Source: Sphagnum compactum
Lineage: Eukaryota
Direction of reading: 5' to 3'
Length of the DNA: 64,000 nt
Assembly: GCA_965153455.1 (NCBI GenBank)
Contig: OZ234494.1
Span: forward strand, 10,044,001-10,108,000
This document shows, piece by piece, positions 1 through 14,480 of this stretch (positions are counted from its first letter, which is position 1; the number at the start of each line of letters is the position of its first letter). The notes beneath the pieces were generated by a model, which saw only the letters and a program-made list of their open reading frames with translations, did not search any database and was not told the origin of the DNA. Position numbers and translations under genes: made by a program.

Positions 1-350
1 TTTATTTTATTTGTATATTATTGGTGTCGTGATTGTTATGTTCTTTATTGACTTGTGTTTTCATGCTTTTTTCTACCTTATACTTCTTGCAGATGGGCTC
101 CCATCCCTACTTTTTTACACACAGGTATTATTATATACAGGTTTTTTTATTAATACCTGTGAATTATTTTTTATTAATTCTATTTTGATTTTGAATAAAA
201 AAATGAAAAGAACTCCGAGAGAATCCGCCGTTAGTGGAATTGTAAGCTCGGTAAAAACGAACCTAGAGTGGATTAAAACCGAGCCTACAACGTAAATAAG
301 AACTCATTCACGTTTTGCCGACTTTTTATCAGGACGCCTGGAGCTTGCCC

Positions 351-454
351 GGGCCCACACACTGCGCAACCCGGAAACGCGAAGGCCCGGGTAGCCCGAG
401 AAGGCGCAGGCCGGCGGTGGTGCACACTGGAACTGGAACCGCGTTTTAGGGTTT
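351..454 (+). promoter_or_regulatory. Site II-like element (GGGCCCA, 351-357) plus telo-box (TAGGGTTT, 447-454) upstream of CENP-O
   Basis: Both motifs are read directly in a GC-rich proximal region. The site II/telo-box pairing is known from plant proliferation and housekeeping promoters. A probable 5'UTR intron (~461-628, GTGAG...TTTTCTGTAG) follows. Confidence 0.45.
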
Positions 455-714
455 CAGGAAGTGAGCTTCACGCGATGCGTTTCTTCGCAACACGCAGAGA
501 TGCGCAAAATGCTCTTGTATTGTCTGTCTGGGTTCGTCAGTACCTTGCTCCTTGCGAACATCAGCGCATGATGCAGAATTTTCTGTAGTTATACATACAC
601 ATCTGTATGTTTTTTCTTTTTTCTGTAGGTGATGGGGCCTCTTGTTTGGTGTAAAAACTAGTCAACGGGAGTCACAGGGCGGGCGGAGAAGTGAAGAGGG
701 GAGGTGCGAGAGAT

Positions 715-2891
715 ATGCCTGAGGAGAAGGAGAAGAAGATGGTAGGGGAGCGGAGGAGAGCTCAACGGATCAAGCGTGTGTTGGCCGATACCACGCCGCA
801 TCACTTGGAGCAGCTAACGAAGCAGACGCGAGCCCTGACTGGGGACGATGAAGGGGCCGACGTTCAGGGATCGTCTATGGAGGCAATCCGTGCTAGATTG
901 GGGAACCTGCAGCAGAGGCATTCCAGTTTACGGGACAAGCTCACCAAGGCGAATCCACCTCACAAAGACTTTAACGCGAAGATGGAGGTCTGTTTGTGTA
1001 TTATTGTATGCATGCATCAAAGTATTGTTGCGCTCAACCCAAAATTGTTGTGGCAATCTCGTAGATACATATTTGCATGAAAGTTCAAACCCTAGTGCCC
1101 CAGCAGCCTCACCTGAAACTCAAGAAGTTAAACCCTTCTGAAGTTTTTCGAGATTTGTGGCAAGATCCTGGTTGCTTAACTGCTCGGGCTTAACATCCAA
1201 GCTCAATTTTGTGACATATGTGAAGAGTCTGTCCGGAATTTTCACAAACAATTTTGGTTGAGTTATGGCAGCATGAGCGGCAGGATCAGTGAATTAATTA
1301 CCTACATGATCTTGGTTGATTTGCTTGTTGATTCTTGAGTATATGGAGTTCTCTGCCATATCAGTGGCCTTGCAACTCTTATTCTCTCCGATTACCCACC
1401 TGTAGGTGAAAGAATTTGTGAATCTTTTGAGCCATATAGGTAACAAGATGTTGGGTAATGCTGAAAATTTAATTAGCTACTGCATCTGATCTTGGAAATT
1501 TGTGCAGTTGGAATTCAAAGAAGGAGAGACAGAGAGCATTCTTTTGGAGGGAGATTCATGGAATGATGATGTCATCACAGAGCTCCAGGGAAGAATCTCT
1601 GAGAGTGGGTCCAACAGCAGAGGGGAGGAGGATCAACTAGTTGATGTGAAGCCTGAATTGTATGAGAAACCAATAGGTATGATATTGTTGCATCCACTTT
1701 GCCAGGATTCACTTTCATGAGTGGCAAGCTTCATGCATGACAATACCTTCATTTTATGTTCTCTATGATTTTCTGTTGGTACTTTGCATTTTATGAGAAA
1801 ATTGCAACTGAGCCTGGAATGCAGTGAACATGAATTCTGATGCTGTTGGTTGATACTTGTAACAGAAAGGCAGAGTGTGATGTATAAACTTCATAGGAAA
1901 ATGATTCATGGAGTGAGTGGAGGGCGAATCTCTGTTCGTTTTGACACTGGTTTTGGGGAGGAAAAGTGTGAGAGCTATTACTGTGTGCTGACCAGCAGTT
2001 CAGCAACTGATAAGCTGCATGTGACTGAGCACTCAATACCCTTCTTTCTACCACTCCGGGAGCTTGAGAAAGCACACCTGGCCACCAGCCCCCGAGTATT
2101 TATTGACTATGTTGGTGACATCCTGCAAGCCTATGTTTCAAGGCGTGAACAGGTATACAGCTTTTTCTTAATATATGTGTCTGGTGAAGAGCTATGTTCT
2201 TGTTGGAGGGAAGGGTGATTTACTCCTAAGTTATTGCAGTAGGATAGAACAGCTACAAATTTGTATCTAGCAATGTACTGATGCATCTCAGTTCATTTTG
2301 GTCAGGTGAGGGAAGTTAAGGAAACAAAGGGTGAGCATATTGGAGAATTGTATCACAGTCTTTCCTTCAGCTTGATTGAACTAATGTTGAAAGAGCCCCA
2401 TTGCCAGGTATGCGTAATAGGGAACCTGTTTTCACATATACTATACACAGAGCATGTGATGCCTGCTCTTATGCACAATCTGGGTGAAGCAACACCATGC
2501 TCTTGAGCTTTGTCATATCCAGTATAGATGCTTTGTCGGTTTGGTTCTTACTGCTGAGTTCTGCACGCCTGTTGAAAATTTGATGTTTCTTATCTTTTAG
2601 GTGGGGGTGAGCCTTGCATATTACAATCTGGAGTCGGAGCTTCCCACACAGAGTAGTGTAACTGCCTGGTCAAATTTTGCAGAGTTGCTTCCTCAAGTTG
2701 CAACCAAGAGACGAGCCACCAGTGTGCGTTCCACTGCATTCCGGTTACCAAAACCTGAAGGTTTTCTGCGAACTATGCCATTACCACAGGCATTGGATGA
2801 ACTTTTGGCTGACTTGCGAGCTACTACGGGGTCTCCCTGTTCTCCAGAAGAGATTGAGGTTACACCTCTTCTGCCTGCTGAGACTGCCTGA
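715..2891 (+). CDS. CENP-O: Centromere protein O (CENP-O/Mcm21 homologue), 5 exons
   Basis: Exons 715-987, 1508-1676, 1866-2152, 2306-2407 and 2601-2891 have GT..AG boundaries and compatible phases. The spliced protein contains ISVRFDTGFGEEKCESYYCVL...VTEHSIPFFLPLRELE...FIDYVGDILQAYVSRREQV...ELYHSLSF...VSLAY..LESELPT, which I recognise as plant CENP-O. Confidence 0.88.
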
Positions 2892-5389
2892 TAGCTGCTG
2901 CTATAATGTGGGTGGAGATCTTCAGCAATTTGTTCATCAGGTACAACGTACAACGTACAAGTTATTGTTCGTATGGTGCATCCAGATGGAGGGGAACTTA
3001 TTCGGGTCTAACAGATATACAAGCAACCACATCATGCTCCAAGCACTATGCTGAACAGAAGCTGAAGATTCTGCAGACCATGCTGGAGCAATGGATGAAC
3101 TCATGGAGTGCCATCTACTCAGCTGCTATTTAGGTTGCATCCATTCAACCTGCAGAGACCTCATGGCAGGTTTTGTAGTAAGGTGGTGTAGATCTTTGCA
3201 TTTGTTAATGATGGACCATTTACGGGATATGGTTGTATGATATTTTCAGAGGGGAGACTCATTTAGGTCTGCCAGAGTCCAGGGTCTGTGTTAGCTCAAT
3301 AGGCTATCAATCTTCTTTGTTGAGTTTCATTAGGTCATTACCATGAAGAGGGGCTCTCATTCTTGGGTACATAGGTCACATGACAGGAAGCCATATTTAG
3401 AGTCAATTGCTGCATTTTTGAACAAGGAGCTTACTCAGCAACTGTTATTCCTTTCTTTATGGATGTCAAGGTCTTCCTTGGTTCTTCACGTTCCTCAACT
3501 TTTCATCTGGTGACAGTCTTGCAAGTCAGATGGAAGGACTTTTTTACCTTCACATTGAGTCTATCACAGGTACCACAAGAGTTCACTGGTGACCTTTTCT
3601 AGCTGCACAGGGTTTTTCTTCTACCTCAGCTACAGTTTGCAGGTATGTTGCACAATGAGTTGTGCAGATGTTTCCAGTTTATGTTTGAAGGAAACGTTCA
3701 GGATGCAGGGGGGGGGGGGGCATCTACATAGGTCTCTGCCCATAGATACCTCCACAAGCTTGTTGCATCTTGGATGAGGATACTATTGAGCTTTTTGGAT
3801 GAGCTATGGCTTGTGAGTTCTAGTCAACATCATGACTGACTCTTGTTGCTTCTGGAAATGTGACAGAAACTCAGGATGAATGTTTTTCTATGCTTTTTCA
3901 CCCAAAATATTCAGCAGATTATGATATGCTTCTGGACACCCACCTTTGGAGATATATACATGGTAAGCATTTGGCATATAATTTCACTCTTTTCAGGCCC
4001 CTCTATGCAAGGAAAGAAACAAAAGTGTCTCTGGTTTATTTCAAATACTAAAAACAACTAGTTGGGACATTAGTATATCTCAATAATTACTGTCAAACAT
4101 CTGCAAAGGCCTTACAAGCCTTAATCAGAGAGCCAAATTCTGTGCTCAGGTAATCAAAAGACACCTTCAAAAAATGCAAGCATGGTCAATCCCTTTCCTT
4201 ATTTGGCTACACAAATGGCTACTGGGCTAATGATTGAGATGAGAGAAAACCTAGAATTGTAGGGTTAGACTTGCATTGATTTTTAAAATTTACCTTCCAT
4301 AAGGTGCTCTCCAATTACACTAGAAAAATTGACACAGGTCTTCACATGGTTTCCTACCTACTCTTGGTCGAACTTTGATTATTTGCAACACAGGGTTGTT
4401 TTTACCACAAAATCAGAATAGAAAACTTTGATGGAATCAACAAGTAATGTGTGGCTTCAAAATCTGCTATCTGAAACTAGTTTTGGATCCTAATCCACAA
4501 TTTTTTTCATGGTGACAATGAGTACAAAATTATAGAAAAAGCCTATTTTTGCATGCAAGAATAGACACTATGCCATCCTTCCACATTTTGTGCACCATTC
4601 AATTAAAAACTGATTAACTTCAGTTTAATTTCTTCCCTCTCACTGAAGGTTGGATGTGATGAACATTCATAGATGCCCAAATATTGAAACAAGGTCACAA
4701 ATAGCACTCAACATCCACAAAACTACCAATTAGACCAGTTCTACAGGCAATAACATAATGACCTGCAGACTTTAATTTGGTGAAGTTCAGGTGTGAAATA
4801 GCACAAAACTGAGTCTGGGTCCCTTCCTTAATTAGGTGTGTTGTTGACATGAGTCTGTTGTACACATGGACAGGGAGAGGGAGGATCCTTATAGAGCGAT
4901 TTTTCTAGTGTAATTGGAGAGCACCTTATGGAATCCGCTATCGAGAATTGAAAACACCAATTGAGAACACAAGAGTCCAAATTGGACTTGCATAGTTCAT
5001 AGTTGAGGGTTTTATGGTTGTTAGTTTTTAGTTTTGTTGAAAGCTGAACATTGAAAGTGTGGCCCAAGTGTATGGTGAGATGTGTCAGATACCAAAAATG
5101 TTGTTGTCAATTATCAAGATTAGAGGTCAGCTTTGAAAAGTGGATTTGCTTGATTAAACATTTGTTGACATTTTTGCTGAAATGCCTACAGTTCTTGAGA
5201 ATGTAGAGAGTAGTAGCACTTTGGCAAGGGCGCCAAATTTGTTGCAAGTAGTCAAAATCACATTGAGATCACAAAGGTCATGTTGAGTGTAGAAGTCGTC
5301 ATGAAGATGTGCTTGCAACAACATTGTCACAAGTGGAGCTAATGAAGAATTTGACATGCTTGTGATTGTAGATCTCCTAAAATCCCTAC

Positions 5390-6520
5390 ATATGCAAGCT
5401 AAGTTATGGAAACCATATAATCACACTTCAATTATTTGGGCCTCCTTTTGTGTGAATGATGGTAGGATTGGAGATGTTGTCAATGTGCAAGGCATGCAAT
5501 GCATTGTGTGCTACAATGAAGTAGTCAGCCCTACAATTCTTGCTTAGTTGACTAGGTGTTGAAAGATCCTAGTAAAGTTTATTTCAAAGCAAATGACATC
5601 ATTGCCATGATGAAACGAGTGGATGTGGAGCACCTTACCCTTCTTCAAATATTGTCAAAAAAGTGAATAGCATGTCACTTGAGTACCCTTTGAAAGACAA
5701 CTTGCTAAAAAGAGGTCCAAAATTTCATTGAACACCATATTTGATTTCTTTGGTTGTGTATACATGTTCATTGGAAGGATCATGAACAACAAGCATTTGT
5801 ACAAAATATGGCCATGTTTGTTACTAGAAGTTGTTTATCATTCCACATTGTTGAAAACATTTGGCTACAATGATTGTTTTTGCGATTATGTCCTTAAATT
5901 GTCTTTGTTTCAAAAAGAGTTTTCACAAACAAGATGCTACCTGATTTGGTAGAAAGGACCTTTTTAATGTTTTGCCTACCTTGTTTGAATGCACATGTCA
6001 ATAGTAATGTTTGATCTTTGGATGTTAAAAAGTGCATTCAATGTTTGTTGCGCTTGTTGTGAATTTCATTGGCATTCAACTCAAACATGTTATGACATTG
6101 ATTGGTCTATTTGAGGTTACTGTAATAACATGCCAGGCAATGGTGATGAAGCTTCGAGCATTATTAAATAGGTATGGCCCAAAAAAGAAATTTGGGCTTA
6201 GATGAAATATGAAGGTGTTAATTTAGGAGCTTTGACCACAACTTTGAAATAACAAATCAATTGTGAGCACTTGAGGTTGGAGGAGGTGTTCCAAGGCACT
6301 TGCTTCAAAAACATGATGTCAAAGGCCTACAATATGGTACAATGGATGATAAGGTTTCTTGTGGCCTTCATGACATGTCCATCAAATTTGTTAGCTAAGT
6401 CGATAATTAGAAATGCATAACATGGCCAAAGAAATTTGGGAAAGGGCTTCAAAATGAACATAAAGATGCATTAACAAAGTTTTGTAACCACAAAAATTGC
6501 ACACTCCCATCAAAACTAAA
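5390..6520 (+). mobile_element. Degenerate hAT-family DNA transposase remnant (N-terminal half)
   Basis: Broken frames encode WASFCVND..MQCIVC (BED-like zinc finger), FDLWML, EG.NL, CF..MMSKA and KCITWPKKFGKG. These are collinear with the better-preserved copy at 62200-63770. Many stops and frameshifts. Confidence 0.7.
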
Positions 6521-8589
6521 TGAAAATTTCATTGTAAATCAATTTGTTTAACTGATAAGGTATTGTATTTTTAAAATTTTAAAATAAAGCCAGTTATCAA
6601 ACAAGGTGATTATCACAAATGTGATAACATGTGATTTTCGTATCCAATTTTCACAATCTGGATCTCAAATTATATTCATTTAAAAAACAATTGTTAAGAA
6701 ATAGTTTAAAAATTTAAAAAAAGTCTATAGAATGATGAAAATGTTACACAATTTTTTTCATAATAAAATATATTTTCAAATTTTCATTTGTTTCAAATGA
6801 TCTTTCAAATTTCTCTACCTCTTCTAACTTTACATTAGTTTTAATTAACTCTACTAAACTAAAAAAAGATTTACAACCAATTTTGAGGTCATTGGACCAC
6901 TTGAATTTGTTTATGTTATCTTATTATAAATGACATCTCCTAAAATTAGTAAATATTAGCGCCAAAGAAAACATCCTTTCAATTTCAATTTGTGAACCAA
7001 CAATGCTTGAAATCTAACATGCAAGGAATTCAACCCAACTATAGGAAACATAGATTCATGCTTTTCCCATCAATGAAAATGACATTTATTATTTTTTGCA
7101 TTCACATGAAACCTTTTAAAACTAAAAAATTCCTTGTTGACAAGCTCCTTCATTGGTTCATTTATGTTTGTTGTCATTTCAAAAATGTCCAAATTATAAT
7201 CTTCATCAAGACCTTAGCTAATAGCGACATTCTCAAACAAGGGGTGCAAATGATGAGAACATTTTAACATGAGATACAAGGTTCTTTTATCATATTTCTA
7301 AACAATCGCCTTGCTTTGCTCAAGGCCAATAAACAAGGACATTAAACTTAAGTTCTTGAACCTAAAATTCAACATCAACAACATGTTATGAGCCTTATTT
7401 TCATTATACTTTCTCAAAAAAAAATCACCACAAACCTATTTTCTAGTTATAGGCCAAAAATCCTACTTCACGAGTAAACAATAAACTCCTCTTCAATAAA
7501 ATTATCAAAAGAGATTTGAAACTCTGTTTTTTCTTTCAATTTCAAACAAATGAAGATGGAAGAATTGAAAAAAAAAGTCAAAAAAAAGAAAAAAAAGACA
7601 AAAAAATGAAAAAAAGAGAATTCTTTTATTAAAAACAAAAAACTGGGAAGATTGATTTTATTTTTCTTGGGCAAGGGTAGTACCTCACCATGGCACATGC
7701 AACACAAGGGACTGAAATTAGTAATGTGGTGGAGCAACAACAACACTAGCAATAAAAGGAAAATGACAATGGTGGGTACTTGGTACCAAAATATGGACAT
7801 CAATGTGACTAATGACCAATGCACCACTTGCAAGGCAATGACAATGAAAGTACTGCCTCATCAAAGAACATGCAATGCAATTCGGCAGCAACTAGCAACA
7901 TGACAAAATAACAACAATATAGAAAGAATGGTTTAGGTGGGTACCTTGGAGCACAACAAGCAACACTAGCATCCCATCCTCCACGAAAGTTTGAGGTTGT
8001 ATTATTGACCAAATGAAGTGTGTAAAATTGGAATGATAGGAATAGATGAAATATATTCTAATGACTTGGGCTTATAAGCTTCAGGTTTCCAAAACTTTGG
8101 CATTAGGTAGTTTGAAATTGCAAAACTTTGACACTTGGGGCACTAAATTTCTTAAAAAATTGGCAATTAAAAAAACAATTTAATTACTGTAGAATTTATT
8201 AAGGTACTTGGGTAATTGTTTTAAATTTGTCTCTTTAAGTGTTTCTAACATCATGTGCTCATGTTTGGAATGCCAAATTCAATTGGATATGTAAAAATAT
8301 TGGCCATAGATATTAAAATATGTGTCCAATAAAGGTAAGTTAAAATCCTCTAAAAACATCATGTTGGTTTAAGGGTATAAGTAAATGGCCAAAATCTACC
8401 TAATCCTTCAGGAAATGGTAAGGGTAATTATTTCAGATTTTTCCTACATTTACCTTATGGATATAAGTGGACAAATATAAAGTAAATGGTAGTATCTGTG
8501 TACAAATATGGCATAATGTCAACTGGGGAATACTGTTATTTGTGCCTGGTAGATATCAATAGGTAGGGTGTTTTGGAGATGGTATTACC

Positions 8590-9010
8590 CCAGGCAAAAA
8601 TGGTGATGAACTCGTTTGGGTAGAGAAATTTTATGCAGCCAATGGGCAGGCCCAAGCATGCACTCAAAGTGCCTTGCTCTTTCCCTTTTAAAGTTTGGGC
8701 GGGGGTGGAGGATTTTTTTTCCATTTTTCCCCGGTTCCCACTATGTTCTCTTTAAGTTCCCAATGGATACCCATCTGCCAATATGTTCCCCAACATGTTC
8801 TCCATAGCACCTCACTTTTATTCCATATGCTTTGGCAGATGTCCTACTTCTTTCACGCCAACGGGAGGAACTCTATACTTCAAAATAGAACCTTCTATTT
8901 TGGGGAGCCTCCATAGTTTCATTTTTTGGGAGTGATGGGACAAACAAATTGGCTAGTTAACAAAAATAAAATAAAATAGAACTTGGGAGGCAGCTCATCT
9001 AATTAATAGG
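8590..9010 (+). repeat. Dispersed non-coding repeat (MITE-like), related to 25820-26300
   Basis: Shares the blocks TAGA-AAATTT-ATGCAGCCAATG, GTTCCCA.TATGTT and GTGATGGG-CAA-CAAAT-GGCT with the 25820-26300 segment. Confidence 0.55.
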
Positions 9011-10979
9011 AGAGGTGAAGAGGAGGGGTGAATAGGAGAGGTGTATAGTATGGCTTTCAAAAATTTCAAAAAGATTTTGCAAATCATCAGCAAGGAAAAA
9101 CTTGTTCAATTCATTTGGAACTAGAGGTCTCTTTCCCTTAGGCTACTCTGATGACAGGTACGACTAGCCTAATGGAAAGCCACTAACATAGGGCATTGTT
9201 TCTTGCCACATGAAATTGCTGTGAAAAGGTTGTTAAACCAATACCTAGTAGGAACTCTGAGAACCCATTTCCAATGAGAAAAGAAGAGCGATGTCACTTT
9301 GTGTTGAGAGCCACAGTTCGATTGACAGCTCTCAAACTTTGCATTTGTTCAACGCTTGACAGGTTGAGTTGTGAGGTGATTGGTAGGACAGTAAAGTTAG
9401 TCCTTACAAAAGAAAGAAAGCTGCTGTAATCACTCCAGGCCACTGCAAAAGATTTTCGAACGACACCGGCATTTCACTTTTTGCGGGGTCAATAACGAGG
9501 TGGAACATGTAAATGAAAAATTAAAAAAAGAATCTTCACAATTCCATCAACCTCCCCCCCCAGCCTTTTTTTTTGGGCAAAAAGTCACCAAAAGCTGACA
9601 CAAAAATGGGCCTTGTGACATGCTTGCTTTACAATGTGGGCCCTAAATCTTGAAATTTTGCCTAAAGCAATGGTCACCAAGTGACAAGATCGTCACAACC
9701 TTGTTATTCTCAAACTCTAATTCACCTTTTTCTCTCCCACAGCCACCACCCTCTCGTCATTTGCGTTGCTGTCACTAGCGCACTTTCATCCACACTAACT
9801 ACATGTTTTCTCTTTCCATCGCCAACATTAGCGATGCACTTGTAGCAAGAAATTGCTAGCACTACTTTTAGCAATTAAAAAAAAAAGGGGTAATAGATTG
9901 GATTTAGGTTGGGATTATTACTAATTAGTGATTTTGTAAAATTTGAGGGCGGTATTATTGATGATTTTGTAGAATTCAAAGGTATCATAGGAATTCCCAC
10001 TACAACAATTACTTTTTTTAGTGTCCATTTTGATTTTTCGACGGTTTTAAAATCCATGGATTTTAATTTCTGAAAGCTTGTGGTTGAGAGTAGAAGAGAT
10101 GGTGTATGAGCATCGGAATTAAGAGAGCTCAACAAGATTTGTAATACATAGCATTGAGCAACGATGGAATTCAAAGTAGCCAACTGCCAAAGTGTAAAGG
10201 AATTCAGAATCCAAATTCCATAATCAAAACTTGGAGGTATTTCTTTCACTACACCCTTCTCATGCACCTTGCATATTGCTCAATGTTTAGTGCTCATTGG
10301 GATTTTGCAACTTGCAACATTCAGACTTAGGGTTTGAGGGTTGAATTATTCTTTTGATGTTCAGACTTCAAATGTTTTTTTCAAATCGATCTTGAAATAA
10401 GGCAATCCTTGTGAATCATGATTTAGAGTTTAAGAATGAAGGGGTTTCTTTTCTTGAAATGATCATGTTTTGAATTTCCAAATTGAACTTGGGATTTTGC
10501 ATTGCAAGAGATTGATCTTAAGGTTTGGTAGTCGGGATCAATGGTTTTATGTTTTCTGATCCATATTTCAAATTCCAAAATTGCAAGAGTGGTGATTTAG
10601 GGATCAAGCCTCAAGCTTCAATAGTCATAAGTTTCTTTATTTTCTAAGTTTTGAATCTTGATATTCAAAAGGGGTTTGGGTTTTTTTAATTTTCTAATCC
10701 AGAACCAAGAATTGCATTTGCAAGTTGGGAATTGGGAGTTTTGATATTCATAAGGGGTTTGAGTTTTTTAAATTTTCTAATCCAAATTTGAAGTTTGCAT
10801 AGTTTGGGAGTCAAGACTTTTTGATATTCATTTAAGGTTTAAGGTTTTTTAATTTTTTTGATCCAAAATCCAGAATGCACTTGGGAATTGGGACTTCTTG
10901 ATATGCATTTAGGGTTTAAGGTTATTAATATTCATGGTGGGTTTGTGTTTTTTTTAATTTATGATCTAAAATCTAGTTA

Positions 10980-13320
10980 CAAGATGGCCCCTCCACAGAT
11001 CCCGAAGAACTTTAAATTCAAGCCAATATTCCCTCTTTTTTCACCCCCTTTCTGATGGAGTTGGTCCATCAATTCCCATTGAATCCTTACCATTTGGTAG
11101 TATTAATGATGATAAAGTGAAGAGGGTTGGATGTGATTTAGTTACAAACAGTCTAGAAAAGAGAAAAAGGAAAATGTACGAAGAAGCACGCAAATTCCAA
11201 GATGCTTGGACTATTCGAATTCCATGGGTAGAATTGGTGTTGGATGAAAAAAGCCGAGTTAACCATGTGTGTTGCATGGTTTGTACCTTTGTGGAAGGGA
11301 AGGAAAAATTGTTAGCCCCCAAGTTGGATAGTTTGTTGAAGCATCAAGGTTGTTGTAAGGCGAAAAAATCCATATCTGGGGTTGATGTTGGTCGATTTTA
11401 TTTCAATAAGGACTCTGTGCTTGCAAAAAATGAACATGCTTATATGGTTGTTAACAACCCATCTATTTTGAAGCTAAGGTCCCTTTTAAGTAGAAGTGAA
11501 AATACGTGCAATTTGTTGTTGTTTTTCACACTCTTATTCTTAGACATCCCATGACTAATTTTGAATCTTTGAAAGATGTGTTTCAACTTCTAAAGGTTAA
11601 GTCTATTTCTAGGAAACATTAAACTGATGGGAGTGGCTGGGGGATGGTAGAAGTTATGCATGACATTTTTTTGGATTCCATCAAAGTATCTTTTGTTGTT
11701 GCTTCTTTCATTGTTATTTCTGCCAATGAGGTTATAATAACCAGTAGTACCCAATGACTATTTATCTACCTATATGTGGTTCCAATCTTTCTTTGTGTAC
11801 ATATAGTGGGTATGTTAACCACATCTAATAACATCTTTTCTTTGATGTTGAAGTGTTTAGTTGAGTATGGTGGATTATGGTTGGAGGAGCTTATTAGCAA
11901 GATAATCAGCATCAAGTGCAATGACAACAATGTGTTCCAGGGCCATAAATTAGGGGTGACCCTGTAATTCAAGGAAAAGGTTGCACTTTTTGTCATTGAG
12001 GTTCATTGTTTTGTTCACAAGATGAACCTTGTCATCATCATTTTGTCAGATGTGCCTTTGGTGCATCGGCTGGAGCTCCTTTTGCAAAGTTTGAACACCT
12101 TTTTTGCTCACGACTTGAAGAAGTTTGCTGAATTTCAAAAGTTCATTGATTTGCTATAAACCAAGGGCAACAAATTATTCCGTAACATGAAGACTTGGTG
12201 GATCTCCATGCTCTCATTTGCAGAACGGGTATATTTAAAATACCACCCTTTAATTGTCAAGATGCATGTAGAAAGTGCTAAAAGTGATGGTGCATGGAAA
12301 AATTTGAATTGTCTATGTGATGTGGAGGTCATTTTAGGGTTGTCTTGCATACTTCCGTTGCTCAAGTATGTACATGCATTGATTAAAATTGCATAGAGTA
12401 GAAACATTTTTGTATGCAACTTTGTGGATTCTATGAAAGTAGCCCAACAAAAGTTTTATTGATTCTAGTGTGACCCATATGTGAAATTTGAAGACCCGAC
12501 ATTCAACGACTTCAATGCCATTGAAACCTTAACCAACAACAATTTGCCAATGGATTGGTTTTCTAACCTTAATGGTGGTGAGGATGTTATTTACCTTGGC
12601 ATTTTGTTTTTGGCCCATAAGCACCCTATTTACTACATTGGTGAGGATGGTTATGCAGATCCGCAACCTATCACCAAGGAGACATTTGGATGGGTTGTGA
12701 GCAAGTTGAAAGAGGAATGTGAAGGAGCAACCCAAGGACTGATGTTTGAGCTAAAAAAACATTTCCTAGGGCGTGAGGTGATGATTGTTTTGGGTGTCAT
12801 CTACCCCCAGTTCTAGACCAGAAACATCGTTGAGGAAAAAACTATTTTTTACTCTCACGTGAATGTCTTGAAGGTCACTTTATGTGTGCCTCATAAGCTA
12901 GGTGAGAGTGGGAGAGTTGTACTTGCATTATTTTTAACTCACAACTTGGATTTGCAATTATCCCATTTCAAGGTGACTATGATGCACAACTTTGAGGCCG
13001 TCTTGTGAGAGGAGAGTAGCTTGAATCTAGTGACCAAACTTTGGCGCAAGATCACCATAAATCCCATCTTCAACCATAATCTTTCAAAATTCATGAAACT
13101 TGTAGAGATTGATGTTGTCCAAGTGTTTGGTTTAGTCAAGGATAAACAGACTTTTAGCACTATGAGTTTCATGAAGAATAGGTTGCAAAATCGGTTGAAC
13201 ATTCATTTGGATTTCTACAACCACTTTTTCAGTCTGTGGTTTTTTACTTTGTAGAATTTCCCTTATGATCAAGCCATTGCCAAATGGCAAGGCAAAATCT
13301 ATTATTGTGCAAATGTGTAG
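10980..13320 (+). mobile_element. Degenerate hAT-type (ZNF862/DUF4371-like) transposase pseudogene
   Basis: Fragments include RKFQDAWTIRIPW..CCMVCTFVEGKEKLL..KLDSLLKHQG (Zn finger), VHCFVHKMNL, KTWWISML and the hAT C-terminal motif KQTFSTMSFMKNRLQNRL. Multiple stops and frameshifts. Degenerate ~80-bp repeats lie upstream (10560-10980). Confidence 0.75.
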
Positions 13321-14249
13321 ATGCAATTTGCTTTTGGAAGTTGTTGGGTTTTTTTGGAGCATTTGTGGGTTGCAAAGAAAAATCCTATTGGTCTTGAAAT
13401 AAAATGTAAGGTACTTAGTGTTGCATAGGTTTCTCAAATCAAATGGATTAACTACGAAAAATATTTTCTACACATGGTTAGCATAGTCGGTTCATTGTTT
13501 GTGTGCTTTTCACAGTTTTCACAGACTGCACAATGAACATATGTGTCGGATTTTTGAACTAATTTGCGAGATAGGGTGAAATATGTGTGGGTCATGTAGA
13601 GCCAACAAATCCACTTTCTTCTTCATGAGATTGTAGAGAAGTGTATGTTTCTTGTGCTTTGTAGGATATTTGAATATTCCTATGGTCTTTTATGAAATTT
13701 TGTTGCATGTAAGCTGTCATTCATGTAAAACATGTTTTTGTGCATTTGATTGTGAATTCAAAATGTATTTCTTTCCTTTCTTGCACCTCCATTGGCAATG
13801 CATGGATGCATGTTCATTTCCCTTTTAGCAATAACAAGATCATTAAATACATACTTGTGGCGATGCACGTGTTGCTGCTATGTTCAAGCACATTTTAAGT
13901 TGTTGTCACTTTGCAGACATTTGCAAATTACAATTCACCATCATGGCCATTCACCAAAAACAAAAATCACCATGTCACCTCCACTTAACATAAAATTGTA
14001 GCCACCTATGTTATTTTATACATGAACTGTGTAGCCACATTGGCAACCATGAATACTTGAAAACAAATCCTTGCCCCCCTTCTCCCCTTTCCTCCCCCAT
14101 CGAATGGAGATCAATTTTAAAAGCTCTACAACCTTCCTAAGACTGGAACAACATTTCTTTTAAGTGCATAAGATGTTATTGACATCAAGTTTAAGATATA
14201 AAGTTATTTGTAAAATAACCTTGTCTTCACCTTATCTTTGGGCCTCCTT

Positions 14250-14480
14250 TCACCCCCTAAACCTTCTTTCAGTGGTATCTGGAAAGTAAAATCATTTTAA
14301 TAAATCTCAATATGAAATGTTTTTACTCAGCATTTAATGCACAAGGTTTGAGACTAATATAGTAGTTGTATAGTAGGAGCAATGAAAATATATGTAGTAG
14401 TAGTAGAGGCGTTTAGGAAAAAGGAAAGACAGGATGAAACTCAGTTTACCACCAAAATTGATGGTTTTCTAAGTTTCATC
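14250..14480 (+). repeat. Dispersed repeat copy 1 (paralogue at ~37620-37850)
   Basis: Blocks TTTCAGTGGTATCTG, ACTCAGCATTTAATGCACAAGGTTTGAGA and CAGGATGAAA.TCAGTTTACC occur in the same order and orientation at both loci. Confidence 0.75.

Noticed and set aside
11-295. 94-aa hydrophobic ORF at the window start
   Set aside because: TTG start in T-rich low-complexity DNA with no recognisable motif.
2677-3133. ORFs overlapping and following the last CENP-O exon
   Set aside because: Alternative frames or 3'UTR with non-ATG starts and no homology cues.
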